This document shows positions 14,560 to 42,000 of a stretch of DNA of 64,000 nucleotides, piece after piece. Positions within the stretch are counted from its first letter, which is position 1; every line of letters starts with the position of its first letter. The stretch comes from the human T2T-CHM13v2.0 reference genome, Homo sapiens. The notes below the pieces were generated by a model. That model searched no databases. It was not told the DNA's origin and saw nothing but the letters and a program-made list of their open reading frames with translations. The position numbers were made by a program, and so were the translations under genes. Location of the stretch: the NCBI RefSeq assembly GCF_009914755.1, contig NC_060947.1; one strand, written 5' to 3'.

Positions 14560-16450
14560 CTACCTCAAGTTTCCTGCTCAGGTCTAAGGCTGATCTTATT
14601 GCAGTGGAACTGCAGACAAGAGCTAAACAATGGTTCTTCTTCAGTAGGGTGGTCAGACCACAGCAGATGACCAGCAGGCCAGTCACCATCAGCAAAGTCC
14701 AGGTAGCCCAAGGCCCCCACGCCTCATACATGGTGGACTGTGGTCACCCATTACTGCCAAGATATATGCTCTGTCCTTCCTCTAAGTCTAGCACACTCAC
14801 ATTGGCCCTTAGCAAAGCATCCAGCAGTGGAGAAGATTGCTAGAGATAGCTAAGTTAGTGAGGTGGCCAGGTATGGCTTTCAGGGTCCCTCCTTCCAGGG
14901 CTTGCAGCCTATTGTAGTGGAGGCCCAGACTAGCCAGGGGGAACCAGCCAAGGCCCTCAGGAAGGCTTCTCACCTTATCAGGGCTGTCCAAAACATGGAG
15001 CTTCTGCAGGCAGAGGGGCCATGCCTGGGAGCGCTTCATCCCATTGGCCTACAGAGAAAGCTTCTGCAAGGAGAACTGCAAGCCTCAAAAGGTCCCTGGG
15101 GTTAAAAACCATCCTCATGTTGCCAGAGAGATCCAGGCAGTGGAGAGTGGCAGGGGCAGACTCCTAAACGTAGGACCCTGGCTCATTCTTTCGAAGGCTC
15201 AGATTCTTCACTAGGAAAGCTGTCCTGGTGAAGGCTGGGGCCGGGGGTCAATGGTGCTTCTGAGGGAGGGGCTCTTTCCCGATGCTCCATGCCCCCAAAA
15301 CAGGTACAATATGTTGTCCTCCAAGTCTACAGCTTTCAGCCTGGGCATAATCTCAAAAAACCAGACAGGCGCACCTGAATCAGATTCCATGGAAATCCAG
15401 AGATGTCATGGGCAGAAGGACAGTGGAGAAGTAGGGAATGGCCTTGGAACTGGTGACGCCATGGGCAGTGGGCTGTCACATTTCAGAGACAGTTCTAGGC
15501 CATGCTGAGGTGCTGAAGGGCAGGAAGCCTACCAAGGAAGTCTCTTGGGAATGATACCAGTCAGTTTCTACTTAGGTCAAGTGGGATATGCCAAGATAAT
15601 GTCACTCAGGTTGGATGTTACGTCATGGCTGCTCCGAGTCAGATTCCACTAGTCACCTCTTAGTACCAACTGGCAACCCCCCATACTGGAGATAGGGGAT
15701 TTGGTTCTAGAGACATCAGGTAGTTGTCAAAGAAGGGAAACTGTCAGAGATGGTTTGGGGTAGGGAGAAGTGGGAAGGTGCTCAGAAGCCAGTTATGACT
15801 CGGGTCTAATACCTGAAACTAGTATGCCCCATCTCACTCCTCAGCTGCAAATAACTGCAGGGCACTGGGCCTCTAGTGGAGCTGCCACAGGTTGGGGAGG
15901 CTAAAGGCAGAGATGCAGTGAAGATAATTGCTGGCCGAGCTGAGCTCCTACAGCAGGGGCAAGCCAGCCAAGGCCCCTGACTCAATTTCCAGAATGTACT
16001 TGCTGCTCAGGTTGATCCAACAGCAAAGGGGAGCCCAAGAAGGTGCCCCAGGCCAGGCGAGTCATGTAGTTATCTGAGAGATTTAGGCTCTCCAAGAAGC
16101 TGAGTTTGACCACCTATGGCACCATTGAGGCAGTTGGCCGAGAGATATGGAACCCAAAAGCGACACAAGAACTGGAGTGCTCTGTCATTAGCCAGATGGT
16201 TATGGTCCAGGAGGTTGGAAGCCAGGATGAGGGAGCAGAGCCAGTGAAGCTGGTGGAGGGCTTCTGAGACCAAAACCTTCAGCTGGTTGCCCCAAAAGTC
16301 CAAGTGTTGAAGCCTTGGTCTGGCCTCAGTTGCACCATCCCCCCTAGAACTTTTAGAAGAAGGTTGTGAGAGAGGTCAAGTTGTTCCACACTACATGGGA
16401 GCCCTGCCAGAAACATTTGGAAGCAGAAGCCCTGGCAGAAAACACTCGGC
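14560..16450 (-). pseudogene. Decayed LRRC32 (GARP)/NRROS (LRRC33)-like leucine-rich-repeat transmembrane gene, main coding exon
   Basis: Manual minus-strand translation across frameshifts and stops: PSVFCQG..LPCSVEQLDLSHNLL / LQHLDFWGNQL..LCSLILASNLL / LESLNLSDNYMTRLAWGTF / INLSSKYILEIESGALAGL / ASNYLHCISAFSLPNL / FQVLDPSHNWLLSTFPLLP / LDLSRN*LVSFPRDFLGRLPALQHLSMA*NCL / GLQFSLQKLSL*ANGM / LASLGLHYNRL..LTNLAISSNLLHC / TM-like TWTLLMVTGLLVICCGLTTLLKK. Motifs are colinear with LRRC32/NRROS; pyrimidine tract + AG at 16480-16451. 3' end approximate. Confidence 0.85.
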
Positions 16451-17020
16451 CTGGCCATCAGGGTTGGGGAGAGAGAAGAGTATCTTGGGAGCTAGTGAAA
16501 GAGTAGGGTGGAGTTGGGGAGGAAGAGATGAACCCCATACCCTCAAAACAAAAGATCTTGAGCACCAAGATCTGTGTAATGTAATGCCAAATACATTACC
16601 TCACTCCAAGAAGTAGGGGTGGTTGTTCCTGTCTTACTAGATAATGAGAGAAGCTCAAAAAAGTGAAGTGACCTGCCCAGCGTACAGGATTTTAACCCAA
16701 GTCTGGCTGACTCAAAGCCCATGCTCTTTCAGTTTATCTTACCTCCTTGAGTGTATCTTTTTCTACTTCAAAAACCCCTTGTTCCCTATGGCAACAGGAA
16801 ATTTGTTTCTATCCATGAATGAATCAGGCGGTCTTACGGTACAATGCAATCAATATGATCCTCGAATGTTAGAGCTGGAAGAGACCTTAGAGAGCATTTC
16901 TCTCTGACAACCCTCTCATTTTATAACTAGCACAACAAAAGGCTCAGAGATGGGAAGAGGCTTGTTGAAGGGAACAGCAAATCCGAGCCTGCCTGCTCAG
17001 CCCCTGCCCCAGGAGCTCAC

Positions 17021-17130
17021 CAGATAGTGACCAAGAAAGGAGGGAGAGGCAACAATGAATCTATTTCTGGATGCCATAGGGTGGATGCTGCCCACCCACA
17101 GTTACTCTTCCTTGGAGATGAAGCACCCAC
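17021..17130 (-). pseudogene. Candidate upstream (signal-peptide) exon remnant of the LRR pseudogene
   Basis: Donor CTG|GTGAGC at 17021/17020, 570 bp upstream of the main exon; preceding frame reads MASRNRFIVASPSFLGHYL; weak similarity only. Confidence 0.3.
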
Positions 17131-17297
17131 CAAGGACAGGAGGAACCAACTTCTAGCCCTTTCCCTTGGAAAAAGAGTCAACCAGGAAGGTTCTCCACTC
17201 CCCAACCCCCACCCCCAACCCTACTCCCTGGAGAATATAACTTACGGGGTAAAAAGGGGTTTTGAGGTTAAAAAAAAAAAAAACAAAAACATGAGTT

Positions 17298-18264
<967 letters not shown>

Positions 18265-18967
18265 AGCTCCCATATTTTCATCCAAGACTGGGCCAGGAAG
18301 GCAAAAGTCCCCAGCATGGGGAAGATAGCAGCCTCAGGGCAGAGGTAGCCTTGCAACAAGGAGGCAGAATGATTTATTCTGCTGCTTTTGCAGAAACAGC
18401 AAGGCCAGGAGTAGGCTGAGATCTGGTTGGGCCATGCTGTTGGGGTCCTTCAATTTGCCCCAAAACCATGAACCTGGGCTAGGCCTTGGAAACTTTTAAG
18501 TAGGCCCATGCTAGGGCAGGAAGTATTGATACAGGATGGGAAAAGTAGGGACCAATATTCTCCCTGGGGGAAAGATGAAAAAGAGAAGTTGGGGAGGGAG
18601 TGAACGCTTTTGAAATAGGTAGAGGAAAACTGCTGGGCTTTTCTTGAAAGGAGTCACATCTTGGGGTACCAGGAAATGAACGCTTTCCCTAGCTGGCCTA
18701 TAAGTTTCCCTCAGCCCTTGGGGGCCATTTTAGGGAAACTCCTCCATTAGAAGGGAAATCCAAGCTCTGAGTAAAAAGACCAGCCTCTCACCCCCTGTAT
18801 TGTAGGGCTCTGTCTCAGAGACAACAGGAAAGTCAGAGGGTGGGGACCAGGGTGAAATTGGGATAGGGCCCTGCTTCTTGGCAAGTATTGTTCTGGGTGC
18901 CCCTCCCTCCACTCATTCAATTACTTAGTGCCAGGCCCTGTGGGGAATAGAAGAATCTCAAGTCTCA

Positions 18968-19444
<477 letters not shown>

Positions 19445-20480
19445 TCATCCCTTTATCTCCATCCCAAATACAACTTCTCCAGTCTAAGCTCAGCTCATCT
19501 TTCACCTGCCTCCAGTTTCTGTCTTCCTTCAAGGCAGCTGGACTGCCAGGTCATCAGTTGCATCCATCCAATTCCTTGCTTAGAACTCTTTGATGGCTCT
19601 CCACTGCCCCCACCAGATCAAGTCCAGTCTCCTTCACCTGGCACATGAGGTCCTTTGTGATCTGGTCCCTGCTTATCTGTCTGTATTTCTTGTCACTTCT
19701 CCCACAAGAAACATGCAATTCATACTTACTTACAGTTCCTGGAATGACTGTGAGTAGCTACCATTTCACACCTCTCTTTATTTGCACATACCATTATTCC
19801 TGCAACGCTCTTTCCAGCTTGACTGGCGTAATTTGACCTGTCTTACAACCTGTGGCTGAACCGTGATCTTTTTTGTGAAGCTTTCCTTGATCTCCCATCT
19901 TTTCTTGGCTTCAGCCTTCTAGCCATCTAGTCGGCGCCCTCCTCAAACTCCCTGGCAAGTTCCTGCTATGCCTGGTCTTGTTTATTCCCACTTTTGCCCT
20001 TCATTTTTCTTCAAGTGAGCTTTATTCTACACCAAACACTCTACTTATGTTGTATGCGTGTTATCACATTGAATCTTCACATCCACCCGGTGAGTTTGAT
20101 GCCATTATTATCCCCATTTTACAGCTGACAAAACCGAGGCTTGAATATCTATGTTAGTTGCTCAACATCACCCAAGATACAAGGTTAATAAGTGGCATAG
20201 TGGAGATCAAACCCAGGTTGACACAAAAGGCTTAATCATGGTGCTAGAGTCCCTAGCCTTTACCGAGTTGAGGGGTGCAGTAACCCTGGGAGAGGCTTGC
20301 TGAAGCTGGGCAGAAGTGGAGGTGAAATCTCCTTAGGGCCATGTGTCCTGATGTCCTAGAGGCTACAGTTACTTTGGGGCAGCCCAATGGCCAGTATATG
20401 GCTTCTTCCATCTGAGACAGAGAGCAGGCTGTGGCAGGAACAAGGTAGTACCTTTCTAAGGATAAAAAGATGCAAAGTTG

Positions 20481-20801
<321 letters not shown>

Positions 20802-20925
20802 TTAAGAGCTCTCACAAAATCCTCTAGCCATGCCTAGGCAGAGAAGGTCAAAATGTCCTGGGCAAGACTGACAGGCAGCAAAGAGAAGGCAAAGGGAAGC
20901 AAATGAGACAGAAGTTAGGCTCCAA

Positions 20926-20942
20926 CTGCCACCTGGTGGCCA
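20926..20942 (-). promoter_or_regulatory. Consensus CTCF motif
   Basis: Minus strand TGGCCACCAGGTGGCAG matches the CTCF core. Confidence 0.6.
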
Positions 20943-21689
20943 GCCTTAGAGAAGCAAGTGGATGGTTCTAGGGTCGCAAGCTTAGGACACAAGCCAAGGG
21001 CCAGAGAGGCTGCTCAGGTGAGCTGGGCCTTGGCTCACGGCATTCATTCATTCATTCACTCACTCACATATTCATCCATCCATCTATCTATTCATTTCTT
21101 CATTCATTTAAAAAGGTATATTATACTAGACAGACACAGCACTGGGAATATAGCAGTGAACACAAACAAAAATTCCTGCTCTCATTGAGCTCATACTGCA
21201 GTGGTAGGAGACAGAGCAAAAAAGTCCATGACATTGTGTTTTAGATGGTGATGAGTGCCATGGAGAGAAAGTGGGGAAAGGGGAGGAGCAGAGGCTTTGC
21301 CATTTTAAATAAAGCCTCACTCAGAAGGTGAAATTTGATAAAAGACTTGAAGGAAGAAGGAAGGGAGGTAGCCATGAGGATGTCTGTGCGAAGCAGATTC
21401 TGGGTTAAAGAAACAGTCTGTGAAAGCCCCAAAAGTAGGAGCATGTGTTATGTGACTGAGGATCGGTCAGGCCAGTGTGGCTGGAGCAGAGTGAACAAGG
21501 AGGAGAGTAATAGGAGACAGTCACGGGGAAGCAGGCAGGAGTTCAATCATGTGGGGCTCAGGAGGCATATTTTATATACTGAGTGAGAGATAGGAAGCCA
21601 GGGGAGGGTGACTTGCCCAGGGTCACCCAAGCTAGCAAGTGGTACTAGGCATTCTGTCTCAAAGGCCTGAGCTCTGTGGTTCTCACAGG

Positions 21690-27916
<6,227 letters not shown>

Positions 27917-29382
27917 AGTTGACTGGTTTTGATATTGTACTATAGTTATGCAAGATACCTGCGTTGCCAGAGGTGAGGTAGAGACTACACAGGATCTCAC
28001 TGCAACTTTCTGTGAACTATTTCAAAACAGAAATGTAAAACCAAAACATAAAACTCTGCAAGAAACCAGGAGAGATTCTAAACAATAAACTTAAGATGTT
28101 AGATCAAAAGTTTGGAGACCTCCACTGTCAGTTAAACAAAGAAACAAAAAACCTTAATGTATTTACTGTTAATAATATTCATAACTGAAAAACCAGCTCC
28201 TCGGCAAGATTAGAACTACTTCTGATCTGACCTTATGTAAGGGGATATTCAGGAAGATACTTAGTCCAACACTCTTATTTTAATGTTGGGGAAAATGAAG
28301 CTCAGAGAGAACTTGTCCACAGTCACACAGCAAAAGAGAATGGTGGAAATAAAATCCTGTTGGTTTTCCGTTTCAGTGAGGATTATAAGAAGCTTGGGGG
28401 AAAATAAGGCCAAGTACCTTCGCTTCTCTGAGCCTTTCTTCCTTAAATTCTGTAAAATGGCCAGTTATGAGTTTAAGTATGTAAAGTAACTAGCTTAGTG
28501 CCTGGCATGTAGAAAGTACTCTATAAACCATAGTTCCTTTACCCCCTTTGTTGAGAGAAGGACTGCTATGCCTTCAAAGCCAGAAGGGACAGAGAAGAAG
28601 ACAGCAGCTACTGCAGGGAGTCACCCTCCCCTTCCAGCCCTCCCTGAGTTCTAGACCTCCAGTAGAAATTGATCCTAGTGATATCCTGGGGATAGTCACC
28701 ATGGAAATGACTAGGGAGAGGGGCGTTCAGTCTCTATGGTGACAGCCCAAGAAACAGGGATGTGACTTGAAAAAAAAAAACGCTGGGGATCATGGAGTTC
28801 TTTCCATGGAGATGGGAAGGGGGCTTTCTGAGGCTCACATAGGGGGCAGGGGGTAGGGAAATTGGAAAAATGAAGCCATTCATCTCTATGGCAACAGATG
28901 GAAAAGGAGTGGAGTCACTGAAAGAACAGTTGACAGTGAAGCTTTCTATCTCTGATGCTAGAGGGCTGTTACAAGTTCACTTAGACCTATTTAAATTTTT
29001 TAAATGTCCCCCCATGTGCCATATAAATTCATCTTTCATGTCACCAGTATGCCTCTACACTTTGGGAAAACTAGACCACTGTATCTACTATAGTCTCTCT
29101 TCAAACAGTTACGGGGAGGAGTTAAGACATTGTTTATCTGAATTCTTTGGAAATAAGTGCTTTATAAATGGGGGGCATGGAGCAGCCCCAGCTTACCTTT
29201 CATGATTCATGAGGGCAGGGAGTTTGTCTGTCTCATTCACTCCAGCACTTTAGAACGGTGTCTCACACATAGCAGGCATTCAGTAAATGTATGTGGAATA
29301 AATTAACCATCCTCTTCTTGTTGCCCCCAACTGGAAGTTCCAAGAATATAAAAGTGCTTCAAGTTCCCTGCATATGCTATCA

Positions 29383-29733
<351 letters not shown>

Positions 29734-30625
29734 TCACGATAACAGCATTTGCTTCATTACATTGAATTCATGCGTTTGTTTGTCTCTGTCCTCACCTAGC
29801 TGTTAGAGCCTCAGGAGCAATGACTATGCATATTTATATCCCAGCAGTTAGCACAGTGCCTGGCACTCCAAAGGTCCTCAATAAATATTTAATTAACATA
29901 AATGCCTTTCTCTTACTTATCAAGTCTGCACTCTCCTGGCAGACTGTACATCCTCCATAATATGAGCCAGCCTACTGATTCAATCTTTCTTCCATTTACT
30001 TTCTAGCACATATGTGTTACATTTTCATTTCTTTTATTCTTCACTAGGTCTATAATTCACCCCTCTTCTGTAGTAGAGTGTGGTGGTTAAAAGCATGGGC
30101 TCTGGAATCAGATCTGGATCCAACAGAGTTGGGTTCAAATCTCAGCTGAATGTAACACTATTGGGCCAGTTACTTTAACCTCTATGAGCCACAATTTCCT
30201 CATCTGTAAAACAAGATGCTGTGGTTTGAATGTTCCTTCCAAAGCTCATGTTGAAATTTAATGGCCAATGTAACAGTATTGGAAGATGTGGCATTTAAGA
30301 GGTGAACAGATGAATGCTGTTTTCATGGGGGTGGGTTAGTCATTGACGGAGTGGGCTCCTGAGAAAAGGATGAGTTCAGCCCAATTTCCTCTGTCTTCTG
30401 CACACACTCACCATGTGATGCTTTCCTACATGGGATGAGGCCCTTACCAGGTGCCAGCAGCATGCTCTTGGACTTCCCTGCTTCCAGAACAATGAGCCAA
30501 ATAAATCTTTTCTTTATAAATTACCCATTGGTAGTATTCTGTTATAGCAGCAAAAAAAAAAAAAAAAAAAGGACCAAGAAACTGCGGTATAACAGCACCT
30601 ATTTCTTATGGCACTTCACTTGTGA

Positions 30626-30978
<353 letters not shown>

Positions 30979-31720
30979 TAAGAAAATGCATGTGGAGGGA
31001 GTGAAAGATGGCTTCCCTCCACTCTTCCAGGTTCTGTAGGTGGCCTATGAATTAAATGGACATAAGACAGATTAACAGTAGAAGAAACATTAATTACATA
31101 CATATGCACAGGAATCCCACAAACTATGAGACTTCAAGAAGGGTCAGATGATTGAAGCTTATCCTGAGCTATAGGAAGGAATAAGGGCTTGAGGTTTCTA
31201 GGGAGTGGTGGCAACACAAGTTAGGGGAGGGTAAGGGAAGGAAATGTTTGGTGAATAAATGTTGTTTTGTTAGGCAGACAAAAAGTCTCTCAGCTAATAA
31301 AAGTCATTCCAGAGCAGCCCTCAGAAAAATAGGTGATAGTCGGCCTGGGTGTGGTGTCAACCTCCAGTCTCCTGTGATCGTGGTTGAACCCTCCCTGGGT
31401 TTCATGACAATTAAGTTCCTTTTGGAGGAGCCAGCTTTAGGCAGATAAGGGGAGCTCAGAGACAGCCTCTGCCTGTATCCACTGTTCCCCAAGTGCCCTC
31501 AGTTCAAATAATCAGTATACCAAAGCAACATATTTTGAGGTGGCATTTCCTGAACTCCTCCATTTCCCCTGTCTGAAACTTCCCTGGAAGTTTCACACAC
31601 TAACAGCTGAGTTAATGGCTGAGAGAAAAATTGAGTTAGTAGCTGAGTGGTAAGAGACCTGAGAACAGGTCAGTCCACCTAAACAGTTGTGTCTCATTTC
31701 AGGAGGTTTGTTGCAGGTGA

Positions 31721-33853
<2,133 letters not shown>

Positions 33854-34544
33854 AGACTCAGCAATGTTTTAAACAAAAAGTCATTTTAAAAAATTTAATC
33901 TTTTTGTCAGTTCAGTTCCATGTAATTAATTCTCATTCTGCTTGATGTTAAGTTACTAGTTTCATGAGCCCATCAGTTTCTTCGTTACAGTTCTGGAAAT
34001 TCTTACCCAGTCCAATGGTATGATCGTAAAGTTATCATAAACCTGTATCCCAGAGTACAGAGTACTGTATCATTCATTTAACAAGAGTCATAATTAAGAC
34101 TTCAAAGGCAAATAAAGAATAGCCTTAGCTCTTATAATAGATAGGACTCTGTTTTCTTTTAAGTAGTCAAAGACCTGATAAAAGACAACATGAAGCACAG
34201 GAAATTATTTTGATAAGTAACAAAAATCTTTTCATTTAGGCAGATCACTCAAAAGGTAAAAACAAATCTTTCACTGTCTCTCATCACTACTATAAGAAAA
34301 TCTTGTCATTTTAAAGGAGAAGACCAATTCTAGTTTTGCCATCAGTGTACTTTTGATATTAAGGCTCATTTTTAAAACGCTTATAACAAATTCATTAAAT
34401 TTTAGTCAGTTTGACCACACAAGATTCTCCCTCACTTACTCTCTCTCTTCCCAATTTTACATCCATTAAATTTTTGTCCATCTTTTCTTCATTTGTTCTG
34501 AAACAATCTTTAAATAACCTCCCAACTGAACAAAATTATCTTTC

Positions 34545-35099
34545 TGTAGAAAGTAGAAAAGTTCGTCTTCAAAGCTTATCTTGGTTTAAAAATAAAATAA
34601 TAGACACTAGGAATAATAGCTTCTTACTCTAAAGCCTCCTATCAACTATCAGTTCTTATACTTTAGCCCCGTTAGCTGCTTTGGCTTACCCGGGCATGTC
34701 TGGACAGGCCCAGGCAAGTCTTAGCTTATAGCTTACAGCCCTTCCTCATTTGGAAATGTTATTGCTTCCTTAAACCTTTCATAAGCAACTTCCTCTCCTT
34801 CTTTGTTCCCCCTTGCACTTACCTATTTAGGAAAGATTTAGGCTATCAGCAAATCGGGTATCAGTTTAAGACTGTGAGGTCCAGCTCCAGCCAATGGATG
34901 CAGGACACAGCAGTAAGGACAACCCAAATGTGTAAGGGATAAATATGTCTTCTTTTCCTTTGTTCAAGTGTGCTATCACCATTGTTCCATCTGTGAGAGG
35001 CACCCTTTCTGCAGAAAGTAAAAATGGCCTTGCTGAGAGAATTAAATTTATGTTCAAGTGCTATTTCTTTGCAGCACCAGGGAACAAGCATTTCTAACG
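34545..35099 (+). mobile_element. Solo LTR10-family LTR
   Basis: Starts TGTAGAAAGTAGAAAAGTTCGTCTTCAAAG; 5-bp TSD CTTTC (34540-34544, 35100-35104). Confidence 0.8.
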
Positions 35100-35225
35100 C
35101 TTTCCCTCAACAACAAAAAAACACATTCACATACCGTAGATCATCTTTCTTTGTACATTTTGTATACAATGTTCTCTTATTTCTAGTAGTTTTGATTACA
35201 TGTTAGGATTTTAAGTCTTAGTAAC

Positions 35226-35898
<673 letters not shown>

Positions 35899-36376
35899 GT
35901 AACCCTAATTCCTAGTGTAAACCTAGGAAGTAAGCAATGTTGAACTGTCATGTACTAGCACTTTATTAATACACATTTCATAATTTTTGCAAACATGTTT
36001 TCTGCTAGAACAATTTTTCATTGTGGAACAGGACATACTTACTAACAGATCCAAAATATATTTTGTACTTCTATAGAATTCAAGAAGCCGAAAGTAAATA
36101 AACTTATGTTCAGAAATTAATGTTTTAGTATTTTATCTTATTTGGAAATGATCTGGATGTTCAGTGAATAGCCACCATTCAATTTAACTTAGCAAAACTC
36201 TGTAGGTAGGAGTTACCAAAGAGATTTGGGAAACTTTTTAAGTAAACATATAATAAAACATAATTATTGTTTAAGTTTATTTATAAATTTTATTTACATC
36301 TTATTTAATTTACTCATTCTTAACAATCATGTTTGGATTACTCATGAAAATTTCATGAGACATTAGACAAAACTAG

Positions 36377-38671
<2,295 letters not shown>

Positions 38672-40300
38672 TCAGGTTTTTGTTGTTGTTGTTGTTTGTT
38701 TATTGCTGAGAATCATCTTCCTAAAGTTTGCATTTCAAAAGGGATAGTTCTTGGATAAGACAGAGTAGAAAATTACATCTCAAAGGCACAGAGAAAGAAT
38801 GTAAGTTTTCACCAAGAAGGAGGGGGCATATTTGCCTATTAGAGGTCTAGTTTAGTTACTTTTTACAGTTTTCTTTCCTTTTCTTAAATGTAGAACTGTT
38901 CTGTTTCCAATGTTCTAATTTTTTAAAGTATCTGCAGACATCTTGAGATGAATAGGTGAAGTTTGGAGATTGATAATAAGGATAGGTGGGCTTTGAATTG
39001 CTTCTAGAGGCACATTCATGTTTTTGTAAGGACTCAATTTGTAAGACAAGGACAGTTGTTTTTAATTCCCCCCAAAATTAGGTTGCAGGCTGAATTATAT
39101 CAAGGGGTTGACCAATCCATCTAATTACATTATCTATAATTTGCTCCTTTATATCAGGGAGATTTCCAACTAAGATGGAAATTAAAAGATTCCTCTGTTC
39201 TAGATTTACAGCTGTTCATCTTTGGAATGTTTTAATAATCTGTTTTCTTTCTTTCTGAGTATATAGTTCCATTTTAGCTCAAGAGAGAAGGCCAGAAAAA
39301 AAAAAGTTCCTCTTATGCTCTGGATATATATAAACCAATGTTCTAAACCAAAGGTATACCTAATAGATCACTCAAACCAAAACTAATAAGCCTCTTTTGG
39401 CTTTAACCATGGACATATGAGGCATCTCCAGAGAGGGAGCAAGAAGATGCAGCCCTTCCAAGACACAAAGCCACTCCCAAAGACAGCCAGAAGAAAACCT
39501 TAAGACGATGATCCTGAGAGCCGGCAACAGTAGGTACATTAGCCTCAAATGGGGCACAACCCACATTCCTGTCCAGCCATATTTTGGGGTGCTCCCAACC
39601 TTTTGGTTGGCTGCCTGTACATGCAAGCCTGATAACCCATGTGCCCCTAATAAGCAGAAAGTTAAACCAAGTTCTCAAGACACAAAAATGAGACAAACAG
39701 GAAAACAATAGCTGTTCACGAGAGAGAAAGGATCACTAACAAATGGGTACTCCAAAACCAAAAGTCATAATTCAAAGCAATTCTTACAAATGTTTCTCTC
39801 CTTAGCTAAAGGAATGTAATGAGGAAATGGAGCCAGATTTGAAGGAGGGGAGTTTTAAATTAGGACCATGAGATCCAAAAGATATTTTGAAGGGTGAGGG
39901 ACAGGGAATTGGGGAAGTATAAGAGGGCAGAGAAGTAAAATTTACAATGAGTTAAAAGGATTTTAACTTTGTTCTAATCTGATTTCTGCTTTTTGATCTT
40001 GCTAAGGGTGTCTCTAAAGTTAGCTGTTATACCTCTTTATGTCCTTTTTTCAATTTGACCTTCTCATAGGTACCAATAAATAGTTGTTTAGAACAGCCCT
40101 CTGAAAATACATTTTTTTAATATAGCCAATTCATTTATCCTAAAAGTGACTCAACCAATAACTCTTTTCACAGAAACATGTAGAGTTAAACCAAAAGTTA
40201 TTCTAACTCTCCAGATTTAGAATATGTGACCTGAGAGACCAAAATAGATTCCCTTTTATCAACTAAGATGTACCCTAAGGTTAAGAAAATAAAACTTACC

Positions 40301-41118
<818 letters not shown>

Positions 41119-41695
41119 TGATATTGGGATGGGAATTTCCAAGCACTAACCAAGCAATGAAGATTAAAACAACAAAAGCCCCTTATGGACTGGGACTGCT
41201 TATTGTGACAGACTCCCCTGAAAGCTGACATGGCCAGTCAAAGAAAATGCTGCTTGCCACTTCTTGTCTCAGGTTCCAACCTGTTTGACTGGCTGCCTGA
41301 TGCAAGCCCATACTTGAGCCCCACTCCAGCAGATGGCAGATATCAGAGAGAGTGTTCTCTGGTCAGAAAGCCAAGCTCTCAGGACATAAAACAAGATGAA
41401 AGGAGAACCTCATCAGTTTATTTGTCTCTGGGACCCACACCAAAGTTTGTCTAAACTGACACCACTTTGGTGAGAACCTTAAACTCACCAATCTGTGAGG
41501 CCAGCTTGAACAACAGGTTTATAAGGGCCTGTGCCCATGTTCTGCCCTATGATTCTACTCCTCATGACACATGACATGAAAGACAAAATAAATGAAAAAC
41601 AAAGACCATATCTGGGAAGAAAGGGATCAGAAAACAAGAATATTCATAATCCCCTCCCCCAAATACTAGAATCCATATGCAGGAACTACTTCAGT

Positions 41696-42000
41696 GGCCA
41701 GGCACAGTGGCACATATCTGTAATCCCAGCACTTTAAGAGGCTGAGGTGGGCAGATCACTTGATGCCAGGAGTTTGAGACCAGCCTGACCAACAAGGCAA
41801 AACCCCATCTCTATTAAAAATACAAAAATTGGCAGGATGTGGTGGTGCACACCTGTAATCTCAGCTACTGGGGAGGCTGAGGCATGAGAATTGCTTGAAC
41901 CCAGGAGGCGGAGGTTGTAGTGAGTCAAGATCATGCCACTGCACTCCAGCCTAGGTGACAGAGGGAGACTCTTATCAAAAAAATAAAAAGAAAGAAAGAA
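41696..42000 (+). mobile_element. Alu
   Basis: Consensus. Confidence 0.9.

Noticed and set aside
14238-14843. 201-aa plus-strand ORF
   Set aside because: Antisense shadow of the LRR pseudogene 3' end; no recognisable protein features
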